Shown here: one piece after another, positions 1-8,295 of the stretch | Layout: each line of letters starts with the position of its first letter | How positions within the stretch are numbered: the first letter of the stretch is position 1 | Assembly: GCA_028698185.1 (NCBI GenBank) | Contig: JAQVDW010000031.1 | Location: forward strand, 1-21,046 | From: Erysipelotrichaceae bacterium | GTDB lineage: Bacteria; Bacillota_I; Bacilli_A; Erysipelotrichales; Coprobacillaceae | Length of the DNA stretch: 21,046 nucleotides | Reading direction: 5' to 3' | Notes under the pieces: model-generated | Database searches by the model: none | What the model saw: the letters and a program-made list of their open reading frames with translations, nothing else | What the model was told of the DNA's origin: nothing | Translations under genes and position numbers: made by a program

Positions 1-24
1 AAAAAAACGGGTTTCCCCGTTTTA
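1..24 (-). terminator. Rho-independent terminator of the DUF438/hemerythrin/PAS gene
   Basis: The minus strand reads ACGGG-GAAA-CCCGT (plus 7-20), extendable by A:T pairs. A run of T follows (plus 1-7). It starts about 10 nt after the TGA stop at 34-36. Confidence 0.7.
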
Positions 25-33
25 TTGATTCAT

Positions 34-1233
34 TCAATCCATCAGCCGTTTTTCCCCGGTGATGGCCTGGATGTCCTGGATATCCTGGGTGACTTCTATA
101 ACCCCAAGATATTCACCATTATGGTTGCGCACGGCGAAGTATCGGATCAGGACGTATTTCCCCTGGAATCTGATCCAAAAGTCCTCATGGTCCTTCTTGC
201 CGGATTTGAAATCGGCGACAATGCTTTCGACCACGTGGACGCTTTGAGGCGGATGGCAGTTTGAGACCTTCCTTCCGATGATTGTCCTTGTCCGCGGGAA
301 TGCCCGGTCTTTGCCTTCCGAAAAGTATTTGACCTCGTCGTTTTTGTCGACAAAAGTGATGTCAAAAGGCAAGGTGTCGAGCATCGCCACGAGTTCATCC
401 GGTTCGAAACTGCCTGAAGGAAGTATAATCTTTCCAACACCGGACTGGTCTTGAAGCTCCTTCAAACTTGAATCATCATGTACTTCGCCATAATCGAATT
501 GGGGCACCTCGTCGATTAGATAACCGATTTCCCCGCTTTGATGGGCGATAAGTTGCCATTGTTTATCGGTGAGGTTTTCCACCAGGATGGGAACCATGAT
601 GTTTTCTTCCTTGTAGATCATCTCTTCGATTTCTATCAGCACTTCCTCAAGCCTGACAACCGCACTGCGCAAATCGCTGTCATCATTTAAGATTTCTAAC
701 TTGGCATCCTTCAACATCTTCTTGATCTTGTCATCGACTCCCCACATTACTTTGGGAGGCGCGGTGATCCCGTATTGTTCCATGTAAGGGAACAATAGGT
801 TCTCCTTTTTCAGGTAATGACGGTCAATCCGGCTCAATTCCTCAAGACCGGCAAGAATGGCTTTCTTGTCCATAGTGTCGAAGTGGGGCCGGATCATTTC
901 ATCGATTACATTCTGGATCCGCCTGTTTTCAAGAACCAGGACATTCAACGGATGGCCCGGGATACTGCTCAGATCCACCGGGGCATGGATCTGTTCGATT
1001 GATCCCTTGAAAACTGCGGCATGGACATCGCAGAGGTTCTGGATTTCCGCGACCGGCAAGCCTTCCTCAATCAATGCCGCTTCGGCTTTTGAAATCTCGT
1101 TGGCACCGACACCATGAAAGGCCGCCGCAAACCCAGATTTTACTTCCTCAAACGATTTGCCCTCATGAATCTGGCGCAAAATATCCTTGAGAGCCTGTTT
1201 GCGCATTTCACTGTTATTAATAAACTCGCTCAC
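34..1233 (-). CDS. DUF438 / hemerythrin(HHE)-like / PAS-domain protein (putative redox, O2 or NO sensor-like protein)
   Basis: 399-aa ORF with a GTG start at 1231-1233 and AGGAGG 7 nt upstream. The N-terminal segment is DUF438-type (EGLPVAEIQNLCDVHAAVF). A central helical hemerythrin-like region follows. The C-terminal part is PAS-like (DITFVDKNDEVKYFS, IGRKVSNCHPPQSVH, FWIRFQGKYVLIRYFAVR). Confidence 0.8.
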   Translation of the reverse strand: MSEFINNSEMRKQALKDILRQIHEGKSFEEVKSGFAAAFHGVGANEISKAEAALIEEGLPVAEIQNLCDVHAAVFKGSIEQIHAPVDLSSIPGHPLNVLVLENRRIQNVIDEMIRPHFDTMDKKAILAGLEELSRIDRHYLKKENLLFPYMEQYGITAPPKVMWGVDDKIKKMLKDAKLEILNDDSDLRSAVVRLEEVLIEIEEMIYKEENIMVPILVENLTDKQWQLIAHQSGEIGYLIDEVPQFDYGEVHDDSSLKELQDQSGVGKIILPSGSFEPDELVAMLDTLPFDITFVDKNDEVKYFSEGKDRAFPRTRTIIGRKVSNCHPPQSVHVVESIVADFKSGKKDHEDFWIRFQGKYVLIRYFAVRNHNGEYLGVIEVTQDIQDIQAITGEKRLMD

Positions 1234-1249
1234 AACGATACCTCCTGTA

Positions 1250-1735
1250 TCAACTTACGCAATACTTTACCAAATTATAACGCAGGTCAACAATTCCCCA
1301 AAACGATACGATAAAGATTTTTAAGTGCCCCCGTAATACCGACTCAATAAAGGCTGTATCCCTGAACCTGTTTTTTGCCTTAAAAAATTCCTGCAGGTAA
1401 TCTTGCAGCTCGTAGCCATCCCTTGAATCCGGTGATTTATATATCGACGAATATGGCCGCCAAATCCAAGGCGGGTTCAAGTACAACCATCGCCTCATCG
1501 AGAAAGGTATCGGTAAAAATGCTACGGAACCATGAATTCAAATCGGGATACAAATAATCCACCCAAACTTTAATTGGATTTTTAAATGCCCTGGTCTTTG
1601 CCCGTGTCGAAGACTAGAAAAAGATTTTCTTCTGCCGTGATTTTCCTTTTGGAATGCAAATATCCTGACTGCCTAAAAATCCAACCTGTAAATTGCTCTA
1701 CAATCGCATTATTGAAACCTTGATGACAGCTAAAA
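1250..1735 (-). pseudogene. Possible gene relic of unknown family (three stop-separated protein-like frames, no start or RBS)
   Basis: Three successive minus frames are open but broken. Frame 1: PDWLIGQGYSFSCHQGFNNAIVEQFTGWIFRQSGYLHSKRKITAEENLFLVFDTGKDQGI*. Frame 2: AFKNPIKVWVDYLYPDLNSWFRSIFTDTFLDEAMVVLEPALDLAAIFVDI*. Frame 3: YKSPDSRDGYELQDYLQEFFKAKNRFRDTAFIESVLRGH... No Met plus SD is present and I recognise no family. Confidence 0.25.
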
Positions 1736-1783
1736 GAGTACCCTTGTCCAATCAACCAATCCGGTTAGCGGGATTTTGAACAG

Positions 1784-1807
1784 AAAAAAAGAAGCCGGAT
1801 CCTCTTT
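1784..1807 (-). terminator. Weak intrinsic terminator after the CoADR-RHD gene
   Basis: Minus strand AAAGAGGATCCGGCTTCTTTTTTT lies directly after the TAG stop at 1808-1810. The stem is short (AGAGG/CTTCT with a G:U pair) and is followed by T7. Confidence 0.4.
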
Positions 1808-3505
1808 CTATCTGAAGTTATAATCGGTGACTATTGGATCGCGGTTCAATGTGACATCATTGAAGTATTCATATTCGCAGATTCCCAAAAATGATCCATC
1901 GATGTTGTAAACATTGTCAAAACCGTGTTGCATCAGGGCACGGACCATGTTGTATGAACGTTGGCTTGAGCGGCAGTGCACGTAAATCGGACGATCCTTA
2001 GGAATCTCGTCAAGACGGTTGCGGAACTGGCTCAACGGGATGTTGACTGAAGTTTTCAGGTGGCTCACCGCGAACTCCCGTTCTTCCCGGGCATCGATTA
2101 TGAAGGCTTTGCTTTCAACAAGTTCGCGGACCTTGGTTACCGGAACTTTCTTGAAATCGCCGTTAAGGATATTCAAACCGACCAGCGCTCCGTGGTTGAC
2201 CACGTCCTTGGCAGTTGAAAAATGCGGCGAGTAGCTCAGTTCCAGTTCCTTAAGGTTTTCCAGGTTCCCGTTGAACATGATCGCAGTGGCGATCACGTCG
2301 ATCCGTTTATCGACATTGCCTTTGCCGATGGCCTGGGCTCCCAGGATCTTTCCTGAAGGATAGGCGAAGATCAGCTTGAAGAAGATATTGTTCGCACCAG
2401 GAATCAAAGACACCTTGTCTTTTGGGATGATATATGAAAAATCATAAGCGATTCCCTTGGCCTGGCATTGTTTCTCATTAAGTCCGGTGTTGGCCACATT
2501 CAAACCAAAGACTCTCACACTTGATGATCCGATTACGCCGGTGTTGACGTAGTTCTTGCCATAGACATGGTCGGCTGCGGCGCGCGCCTGGCGCTGCGCT
2601 GGTCCCGCCAATGTCAGCTGGGTTTTTGCCCCGGTGAAAAAGTCGGTTGTCTCGATGGCATCACCAACCGCATAGATGGCAGGGTCGCTTGTCTGGTAGT
2701 GATGGTTGACTTTGATGGCCCCGTTGATGCCAAGTTCCAACCCGGCATCCTTGGCCAGGGTATTTTCCGGGCGGACACCGATTGACATGACCACTGCCTG
2801 CGCCTTGATCTTCCGTCCGGAGCTCAGGATTACCTGGTCTTTTTCAATGGCAGCCACACAGTCGCTTACCACCAATTCGACACCGTTGTTCATCATTTCG
2901 CGGTGAACCATCTGCACCATGTCATAGTCCAATGGTGCCATTACCTGATCCAATGCTTCGATCAAGGTAACGTTGTATCCGGCAAGCTTCAGGTTTTCCG
3001 CAACTTCCAGGCCAATGAATCCGCCTCCGACAACAGCTACGTCCGACACCTCATTGTCTTTGGTATAGGCCATCAGCGCTTCGACATCGGGCACAGTCTT
3101 CATTACAAAGACATGTTCGTCATTGATTCCTGCGATGCTTTGTGGTCTTATGGCATTGGCTCCAGGAGCCAGGAACAATACATCATAGTTTTCCTCATAT
3201 GTCTCGCCGGTGCTGTGGTTTTTCACGATCACGCTTTTGGCTTCACGGTTGATCGCGACAACCTCATTATATACTCTGGCATCGATATTATATTGCCGGT
3301 CGAACTGTTCTGGCGACATCATCACCAGGCTTTTGGCGTTTTCCACCTCGCCGCTTATATGGAACGGGATTGAACAGTTGGAAAAAGAAACATACGGTCC
3401 TTTTTCAAACATCACGATCTGCGCAAACTCATCCAAACGGCGGATCCGAGCCGCCACTGAAGCACCGCCGGCAACACCGCCGACTATCACTACTTTTTTA
3501 CCCAT
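1808..3505 (-). CDS. cdr: CoA-disulfide reductase fused to a C-terminal rhodanese domain (CoADR-RHD / persulfide reductase type)
   Basis: 565 aa from the ATG at 3503-3505, with GGAGGA 7 nt upstream; a TTG lies one codon further up. FAD-binding motif VVIVGGVAGGASVA. Redox cysteine in SFSNCSIP. Second Rossmann motif VAVVGGGFIGLE. C-terminal rhodanese active-site loop VHCRSSQRS. Confidence 0.9.
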   Translation of the reverse strand: MGKKVVIVGGVAGGASVAARIRRLDEFAQIVMFEKGPYVSFSNCSIPFHISGEVENAKSLVMMSPEQFDRQYNIDARVYNEVVAINREAKSVIVKNHSTGETYEENYDVLFLAPGANAIRPQSIAGINDEHVFVMKTVPDVEALMAYTKDNEVSDVAVVGGGFIGLEVAENLKLAGYNVTLIEALDQVMAPLDYDMVQMVHREMMNNGVELVVSDCVAAIEKDQVILSSGRKIKAQAVVMSIGVRPENTLAKDAGLELGINGAIKVNHHYQTSDPAIYAVGDAIETTDFFTGAKTQLTLAGPAQRQARAAADHVYGKNYVNTGVIGSSSVRVFGLNVANTGLNEKQCQAKGIAYDFSYIIPKDKVSLIPGANNIFFKLIFAYPSGKILGAQAIGKGNVDKRIDVIATAIMFNGNLENLKELELSYSPHFSTAKDVVNHGALVGLNILNGDFKKVPVTKVRELVESKAFIIDAREEREFAVSHLKTSVNIPLSQFRNRLDEIPKDRPIYVHCRSSQRSYNMVRALMQHGFDNVYNIDGSFLGICEYEYFNDVTLNRDPIVTDYNFR

Positions 3506-3593
3506 CAAATTATCCTCCTCGTTATTTTTTTATCTAGGTATATTATATTCCTTTTAGCTGTCAATTTCCAATCGTATGCTCCTGGCATTTCTA

Positions 3594-3609
3594 TTGTCCC
3601 TGTTGACAA
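3594..3609. promoter_or_regulatory. Inverted repeat TTGTC-N6-GACAA in the cdr / LysR intergenic region (candidate operator)
   Basis: TTGTC (3594-3598) and GACAA (3605-3609) form a perfect 5-bp dyad. It lies just downstream of the candidate cdr promoter. A 10-bp palindrome TTGAATTCAA (3652-3661) lies between the two divergent promoters. Confidence 0.3.
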
Positions 3610-3613
3610 ATCC

Positions 3614-3642
3614 ATTATAGCCATCGACAAACCTTTTGTGAA
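3614..3642 (-). promoter_or_regulatory. Candidate sigmaA promoter for cdr
   Basis: Minus strand TTCACA (3637-3642), 17 nt spacer, TATAAT (3614-3619). It leaves a leader of about 100 nt. Confidence 0.4.
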
Positions 3643-3684
3643 ATAATTAATTTGAATTCAACCATTCGAAAAAAGAATAATAGA

Positions 3685-3714
3685 TTGGATAAATTAGCCC
3701 GTTGCCGTTATAAT
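3685..3714 (+). promoter_or_regulatory. Candidate sigmaA promoter for the LysR gene
   Basis: TTGGAT (3685-3690), 18 nt spacer, TATAAT (3709-3714). It lies about 45 nt upstream of the ATG at 3759. Confidence 0.4.
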
Positions 3715-3758
3715 ATATGATAACCAGACTTCAATCGTCGTTGTTCAAGGAGGCCACC

Positions 3759-4664
3759 ATGCTCGATTACCGTTACCAGACATTTTTGATCCTGACTCGA
3801 TACCTGAATTACACCAAGGCGGCCCAGGTCCTGAACCTGTCCCAGCCAACGGTGACCAAACATATCCAATATCTCGAGGACAACTTAGGTACGAAACTTT
3901 TTCACTACAATGAACGCCATCTCCAGCTCACCAGTCAGGGAGAAATCCTAAGAAAAGGTGTTCTGGCCCTGAATGGACAGGTCGAGAAAATCATGGCCGA
4001 ACTGGACCAGAGCAAGGCGGTTCGTGACTTCAAAGTCGGAGTCTCAAGAACAATCGGCGAGGACTATATTCACCAGCACACCTGTCTTTTTTGCGAAAGG
4101 CCAAACGCCAATATCGAACTACTTGTGGAAAACTGCGTCACTTTGTTTGCCATGCTCCACTCCAAGAAAATCGATTTCGCCCTGATCTCTGGTCCGGTAG
4201 GCGATTCCGACCTGGAAAAGATACCTTTTTACCATGATGAGATAGTTGCCGCCTGTTCGCCCCGGCACCATCTCGCCAATCAGGATATCCCCTTTTCAAG
4301 ACTGGAAAACGAGCGGATTCTGCTTCGCGAAGAAGGTTCGGGAATCGCCAATGCCCTGAAACTGTACCTGCCCGATGCCAATAAAAGGCTGAATTCCTTG
4401 ACCAACCTCAGCCGGATCGGGAACAACCAGCTGATTAAGAACTTCATAATGGATAACGACGGCATCGGCTTCTTTTTCAAAATATCCATCGAGGTCCAGC
4501 TGCAGGACAACACAATCAGCCTGATCAATGTCAAGGAGCTAAAAATCGGGCAGGATTTCTATCTTGTCTATCTTAAAGACACCAAAACCAAAGAAGAAGT
4601 AACCCAGATGCTAAAAATTTTCGCGCCTGAAGACAACATTAAAGGATGGACCGCCAGAGAGTAG
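3759..4664 (+). CDS. LysR-family transcriptional regulator
   Basis: Preferred start is the ATG at 3759, preceded by AAGGAGG (3747-3753); the track ORF begins 14 codons earlier without an SD. N-terminal HTH YTKAAQVLNLSQPTVTKHIQYLEDNLGTKLF. The C-terminal part is about 200 aa and looks like a co-inducer domain. It is divergent from cdr. Confidence 0.9.
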   Translation: MLDYRYQTFLILTRYLNYTKAAQVLNLSQPTVTKHIQYLEDNLGTKLFHYNERHLQLTSQGEILRKGVLALNGQVEKIMAELDQSKAVRDFKVGVSRTIGEDYIHQHTCLFCERPNANIELLVENCVTLFAMLHSKKIDFALISGPVGDSDLEKIPFYHDEIVAACSPRHHLANQDIPFSRLENERILLREEGSGIANALKLYLPDANKRLNSLTNLSRIGNNQLIKNFIMDNDGIGFFFKISIEVQLQDNTISLINVKELKIGQDFYLVYLKDTKTKEEVTQMLKIFAPEDNIKGWTARE

Positions 4665-4677
4665 TCCATCCTTTTTT
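4644..4677. terminator. Terminator shared by the convergent LysR gene and cop operon
   Basis: Perfect 8-bp stem GGATGGAC (4644-4651) / GTCCATCC (4664-4671) with a 12-nt loop. T6 follows on the plus strand (4672-4677) and TTTAAT on the minus strand. It overlaps the last LysR codons. Confidence 0.75.
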
Positions 4678-4679
4678 AT

Positions 4680-4895
4680 CTAAATATTCTCTATGCTTGT
4701 TGCGATGTAGCCGACGTTTGCGATTGCCGCCTTGATTGAATCATCGATCAGGGATTTTTCAGCTTGAACGAGAGCCAGATTATTGGCCAGATCGACTTCG
4801 ACCGCACCGATTCCAGGCAGCTCGCTTAACGCTTCTTTCACGTGATTGACGCAATGCTGGCAGCTCATTCCTTCAATCATTATTTTCTTGTTCAT
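4680..4895 (-). CDS. copZ: Copper chaperone CopZ (single HMA domain)
   Basis: 71 aa starting MNKKIMIEGMSCQHCVNHVK, with an MxCxxC motif. AGGAGG lies 5-6 nt upstream of the ATG at 4893-4895. The longer track ORF (to 5075) overlaps the end of copA and has no SD. Confidence 0.9.
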   Translation of the reverse strand: MNKKIMIEGMSCQHCVNHVKEALSELPGIGAVEVDLANNLALVQAEKSLIDDSIKAAIANVGYIATSIENI

Positions 4896-4906
4896 CTTCT
4901 TGCCTC

Positions 4907-7354
4907 CTATTTTTTCGGTTTGAATTTTTTCAATCTCAAAGCATTGGTTACTACTGATACCGAACTCAATGACATTGCCGCACCGGCAATCATCGGATTG
5001 AGCAGCGGTCCACCGAACAGATGCAGCAATCCCATCGCCACTGGAATTCCCAGGGTGTTGTAGCCAAATGCCCAAAACAGGTTCTGCTTGATATTGGCAA
5101 TGGTGCTCTTTGAAAGCTCGATTGCCGTAGGCACATCCATCAGATCGCTACGCATCAGCACAATGTCAGCGGATTCGATGGCCACATCGGTTCCCGAACC
5201 GATTGCGATGCCGATATCGGCCTGCGCCAGAGCCGGCGCATCGTTGATGCCATCTCCGACCATTGCGACTTTGGTGCCGTCTTCCTGGAGTTTCTTGACT
5301 TCGTTGGCCTTTTCTTCAGGAAGCACTTCAAAAAGAACCGTGTCGATGCCCACACTCTTGGCGATCGCCTGGGCCGTCTGGCGATTGTCGCCGGTAATCA
5401 TCGCCACTTTGATGCCCATTTCCTGAAGTCTGGTGATGGCCTTTTGGCTGCTAGGTTTGATCGTATCGGCAACCGCCACAACCCCGGCCAAATTATTGTC
5501 GATGGCGACGAACATCGGAGTCTTGCCCGCCTGAGCCAGTTCCTGGGCTTTTGTTTCCAGTCCACCCAGGTCGACCTGGTTTTGATCCATCAGCTTTTTG
5601 TTGCCTGCAAGCAGCTCGACCCCGCCAAGGGACACCTTGATTCCCTGACCGGTTACTGCCTCGAATTTCTCGATTGCGATAAAGCCGATCTGTCTCTCCT
5701 GGGCGGCCTTGACAATGGCCTCACCTAGAGGATGTTCGGACCCCTTTTCGCTTGAAGCCACCAGTTTGAGCAATTCGTCTTCATCGAATACCGGCGTGGT
5801 GATGATATCGGTGAGCTTCGGTTGACCCAACGTGATCGTCCCGGTCTTGTCAAAGACAATCATCCCGATCTTGTGAGCCGTCTCCAGGGCAGTTCCACTT
5901 TTGATCAAAACGCCGTTTTCAGCTCCCTTGCCGGTCCCGACCATGATTGCCGTCGGGGTGGCAAGGCCCAAAGCGCAAGGACAGGCGATTACCAGTACCG
6001 CAATGAAGATAGTCAGCGCGAACGTCGGCGATTCGCCTCCGATGAAATACCAGCCAAGGCCCGCCAGCGTCGCCAAAGCAATGACAACCGGAACGAAATA
6101 GCCGGAAATGACATCGGCCATCTTGGCGATTGGTGCCCTCGATCCCTGGGCATCTTCCACCAGCCTGATTATCTGGGCTAGAGCAGTGTCCTGACCGACT
6201 TTTGTCGCCTGGTACTTGATCAGTCCGAACTTGTTTATGCTCGCACCGATTACAGTCGATCCAGGTGCCTTTTCGACCGGAATACTCTCTCCAGTAAGCA
6301 TAGATTCATCGACTGCGCTGGTTCCTTCGATCACAATTCCGTCAACCGGATACTTCTCACCCGGCTTGACAATCAGGACATCTCCGGTTTCCACTTCGTC
6401 GATGGCGATCTCCATTTCAGCACCGTCTTTTTCAAGCAGCGCTGTTTTTGGCTGAAGCCCCATAAGCTTTTTGATTGCCTGGGATGTCTTGCCCTTGGAC
6501 ACGGTCTCGAGATATTTCCCGAGCGTGATCAGGGTGATGATGGTAGCCGCGGACTCGAAATACAGATTCATCGCGTATTCATCGTGGCCGTTGGCTATCT
6601 CCACAGTGGCGAAGATGCCATAGATAAAAGCCGCTCCTGTCCCGATGGCGATTAGGGAATCCATGTTCGGACTTCCTTTGAAAAGTGTCCTGAGTCCGAT
6701 GCTGTAAAATCTACGCCCGGCAATGACGACCGGCACGGTCAATGCCAGCTGGACCAAGGCAAAATTCAAGGGGTTGTGGTGGGGGGTGATGACCATCGGC
6801 AACGGTGCCCCAAGCATATGCCCCATGGAAACGTAGAGCAACGGCAGGGTGAAGACCGCACCGACTAAAAATTTGCGCCACATGGCCTTGATTTCGTTTT
6901 CTTTCTTTCTGATATCCTGGTCAGAATTAACGTTGTCATCGACTGCCTGGTAGCCCGCTTTTTTGATGACTGACTTGATCATCGATGGCCGAACCTTGCC
7001 ACTGTCATAGGTGATGACCAGCTTCTCAGTCGCCAGGTTGACACTCGAACTGCTCACACCGTCAAGTTTTGACGTTACGCGCTCGATTGTCTTGGCGCAT
7101 GCTCCACAGGTCATCCCTTCAATCCGGAATGTTTTGGTTACCTCATCACTAAGCGCCCTGTAGCCGGCCTTGGCTACAGCATCCTGGATTTGTTTGAAGC
7201 TGACGCTGGTTTCGTCGTAATCGACGCTCAACTTTTCGGTGGCGAAATTTACAGCCGCCTCATTGACGCCTTCCAATTTGGATGTCGCTTTTTCAACTGC
7301 CCGGGCACAGGCCGTACAGGTCATGCCTTCGATCTTCACGTTCTTTTTAGCCAT
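4907..7354 (-). CDS. copA: Cu(I)-translocating P1B-type ATPase CopA with two N-terminal HMA domains
   Basis: 815 aa. Two GMTCxxC domains ([16 protein letters not shown]). Also TGES, a CPC transmembrane motif (IACPCALG), DKTGT and [15 protein letters not shown] upstream. Confidence 0.97.
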   Translation of the reverse strand: MAKKNVKIEGMTCTACARAVEKATSKLEGVNEAAVNFATEKLSVDYDETSVSFKQIQDAVAKAGYRALSDEVTKTFRIEGMTCGACAKTIERVTSKLDGVSSSSVNLATEKLVITYDSGKVRPSMIKSVIKKAGYQAVDDNVNSDQDIRKKENEIKAMWRKFLVGAVFTLPLLYVSMGHMLGAPLPMVITPHHNPLNFALVQLALTVPVVIAGRRFYSIGLRTLFKGSPNMDSLIAIGTGAAFIYGIFATVEIANGHDEYAMNLYFESAATIITLITLGKYLETVSKGKTSQAIKKLMGLQPKTALLEKDGAEMEIAIDEVETGDVLIVKPGEKYPVDGIVIEGTSAVDESMLTGESIPVEKAPGSTVIGASINKFGLIKYQATKVGQDTALAQIIRLVEDAQGSRAPIAKMADVISGYFVPVVIALATLAGLGWYFIGGESPTFALTIFIAVLVIACPCALGLATPTAIMVGTGKGAENGVLIKSGTALETAHKIGMIVFDKTGTITLGQPKLTDIITTPVFDEDELLKLVASSEKGSEHPLGEAIVKAAQERQIGFIAIEKFEAVTGQGIKVSLGGVELLAGNKKLMDQNQVDLGGLETKAQELAQAGKTPMFVAIDNNLAGVVAVADTIKPSSQKAITRLQEMGIKVAMITGDNRQTAQAIAKSVGIDTVLFEVLPEEKANEVKKLQEDGTKVAMVGDGINDAPALAQADIGIAIGSGTDVAIESADIVLMRSDLMDVPTAIELSKSTIANIKQNLFWAFGYNTLGIPVAMGLLHLFGGPLLNPMIAGAAMSLSSVSVVTNALRLKKFKPKK

Positions 7355-7368
7355 TTTCCTTGCCTCCT

Positions 7369-7635
7369 TTACTTGCCAACCACTCTGCCAAGCAGTTCGA
7401 TAACTTCTTCGATTTTTTCCTCGCCCCGGTCGTTTTCAAAGGCATCTTTGACACAATGGTTCATATGTTGTTTTATAATAAGCAAATCCGCTTTTTTAAG
7501 CAGTGACTGACTGGCCAGGATCTGGTTGGACACATCCACACAATAACGCCCATCCTCAATCATCTTTATAGTCGCCTCGATCTGTCCTTTTGCCGTTTTT
7601 AGCAGCTGCAACGCTTTTTTCTTTTCCGCATTCAT
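7369..7635 (-). CDS. csoR: CsoR-family copper-sensing repressor
   Basis: 88 aa. Helical DUF156-type sequence with the Cys...His-x3-Cys ligand pattern (YCVDV ... KQHMNHCV). It is the first gene of the csoR-copA-copZ operon, with a 14-nt gap to copA. Confidence 0.9.
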   Translation of the reverse strand: MNAEKKKALQLLKTAKGQIEATIKMIEDGRYCVDVSNQILASQSLLKKADLLIIKQHMNHCVKDAFENDRGEEKIEEVIELLGRVVGK

Positions 7636-7647
7636 TTCACAACCTCC

Positions 7648-7665
7648 ACCCCCCTACCCGGGGGT
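7648..7665 (-). promoter_or_regulatory. Candidate CsoR operator (GC-rich dyad)
   Basis: ACCCCC-CTACCC-GGGGGT; the 6-bp arms are 7648-7653 and 7660-7665. It sits between the -10 box and the csoR SD. It resembles the G/C-tract pseudopalindromes bound by CsoR proteins. Confidence 0.6.
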
Positions 7666-7672
7666 CATCATT

Positions 7673-7701
7673 ATCATACACCTGCTGTCTGGAATTGTCA
7701 A
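7673..7701 (-). promoter_or_regulatory. sigmaA-type promoter of the cop operon
   Basis: Minus strand TTGACA (7696-7701), 17 nt spacer, TATGAT (7673-7678). Confidence 0.7.
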
Positions 7702-7812
7702 AGAATAAGCCAAATATCCATCACAAGCCGGATTTCAGGAATTGTAATTTAAATTGGCCGTAATTATCTCACAGGAAAATCAAAATTCTTAATTTCTAAG
7801 ACCCGTTTGCTG

Positions 7813-8295
7813 TCAGACTATGGCCCAGCCACCAATCACGATGTCATCGTCATAAAATACGATTGCCTGTCCCCTGCTTATTGCTCTCTGGGGCATGGCG
7901 AAGTTTACTCGAACATGGTCCAATCCTGCCCTGACGAATCAGCCCATTGTTGTTGATGGCCCGATCGGATTTTCGCCTTCGTCCGGAAGCTTTCGGGCAT
8001 TTTTCAAAGGCAATCCAGTTGCAATTGGCAACAAGCAATTCCCTGCTTTCCAAGGAATTTTCAAGGCCTACCGTCACCTCATTGGTGAAAGGATCAATGG
8101 CAGTTACATCTCTTCTTTCATTCACCTTGAAATCAAGCCCTTTGCGTTGGTCGATGGGGTAGTTGATGATCCCATGGTGTTGCCCGACAATATTGCCTTC
8201 CCGGTCTGTGATTGGTTAAGGTGGATATTGTTCGCCGTGTAACCCTTGATGAATTTGACATAACCCCCAAGGGGAAAGATGTTGTGCGCTAGTTG
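7813..8295 (-). pseudogene. mnmA: C-terminal half of tRNA 2-thiouridine(34) synthase MnmA, truncated and frame-disrupted
   Basis: Successive minus frames match conserved MnmA segments: DQLAHNIFPLGG; GNIVGQHHGIINYPIDQRKGL; VTAIDPFTNEVTVGLENSLESRELLVANCNWI; and [31 protein letters not shown]. At least two frame changes and an internal stop separate them. The N-terminal PP-loop half is absent. Confidence 0.75.

Noticed and set aside
4896-5075. 60-codon N-terminal extension of the copZ ORF in the ORF track (131 aa).
   Set aside because: The extension overlaps the 3-prime end of copA in another frame and has no SD. The ATG at 4893-4895 has a perfect AGGAGG and yields a canonical 71-aa HMA protein.
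5088-6455. Several 66-119-aa plus-strand ORFs inside copA, and similar ones inside cdr, cysK, the MM3350-like gene and the toroid-protein gene.
   Set aside because: They are antisense shadows of long, motif-verified genes. None has an SD or a recognisable motif.
7895-8242. 115-aa plus-strand ORF, plus the minus-strand ORFs 7850-8125, 8289-8480, 8435-8842 and 8779-9057, which could be taken for separate small genes.
   Set aside because: The minus-strand ORFs are fragments of two frameshifted genes (mnmA and the PLP lyase). The plus-strand ORF is antisense to the mnmA relic.
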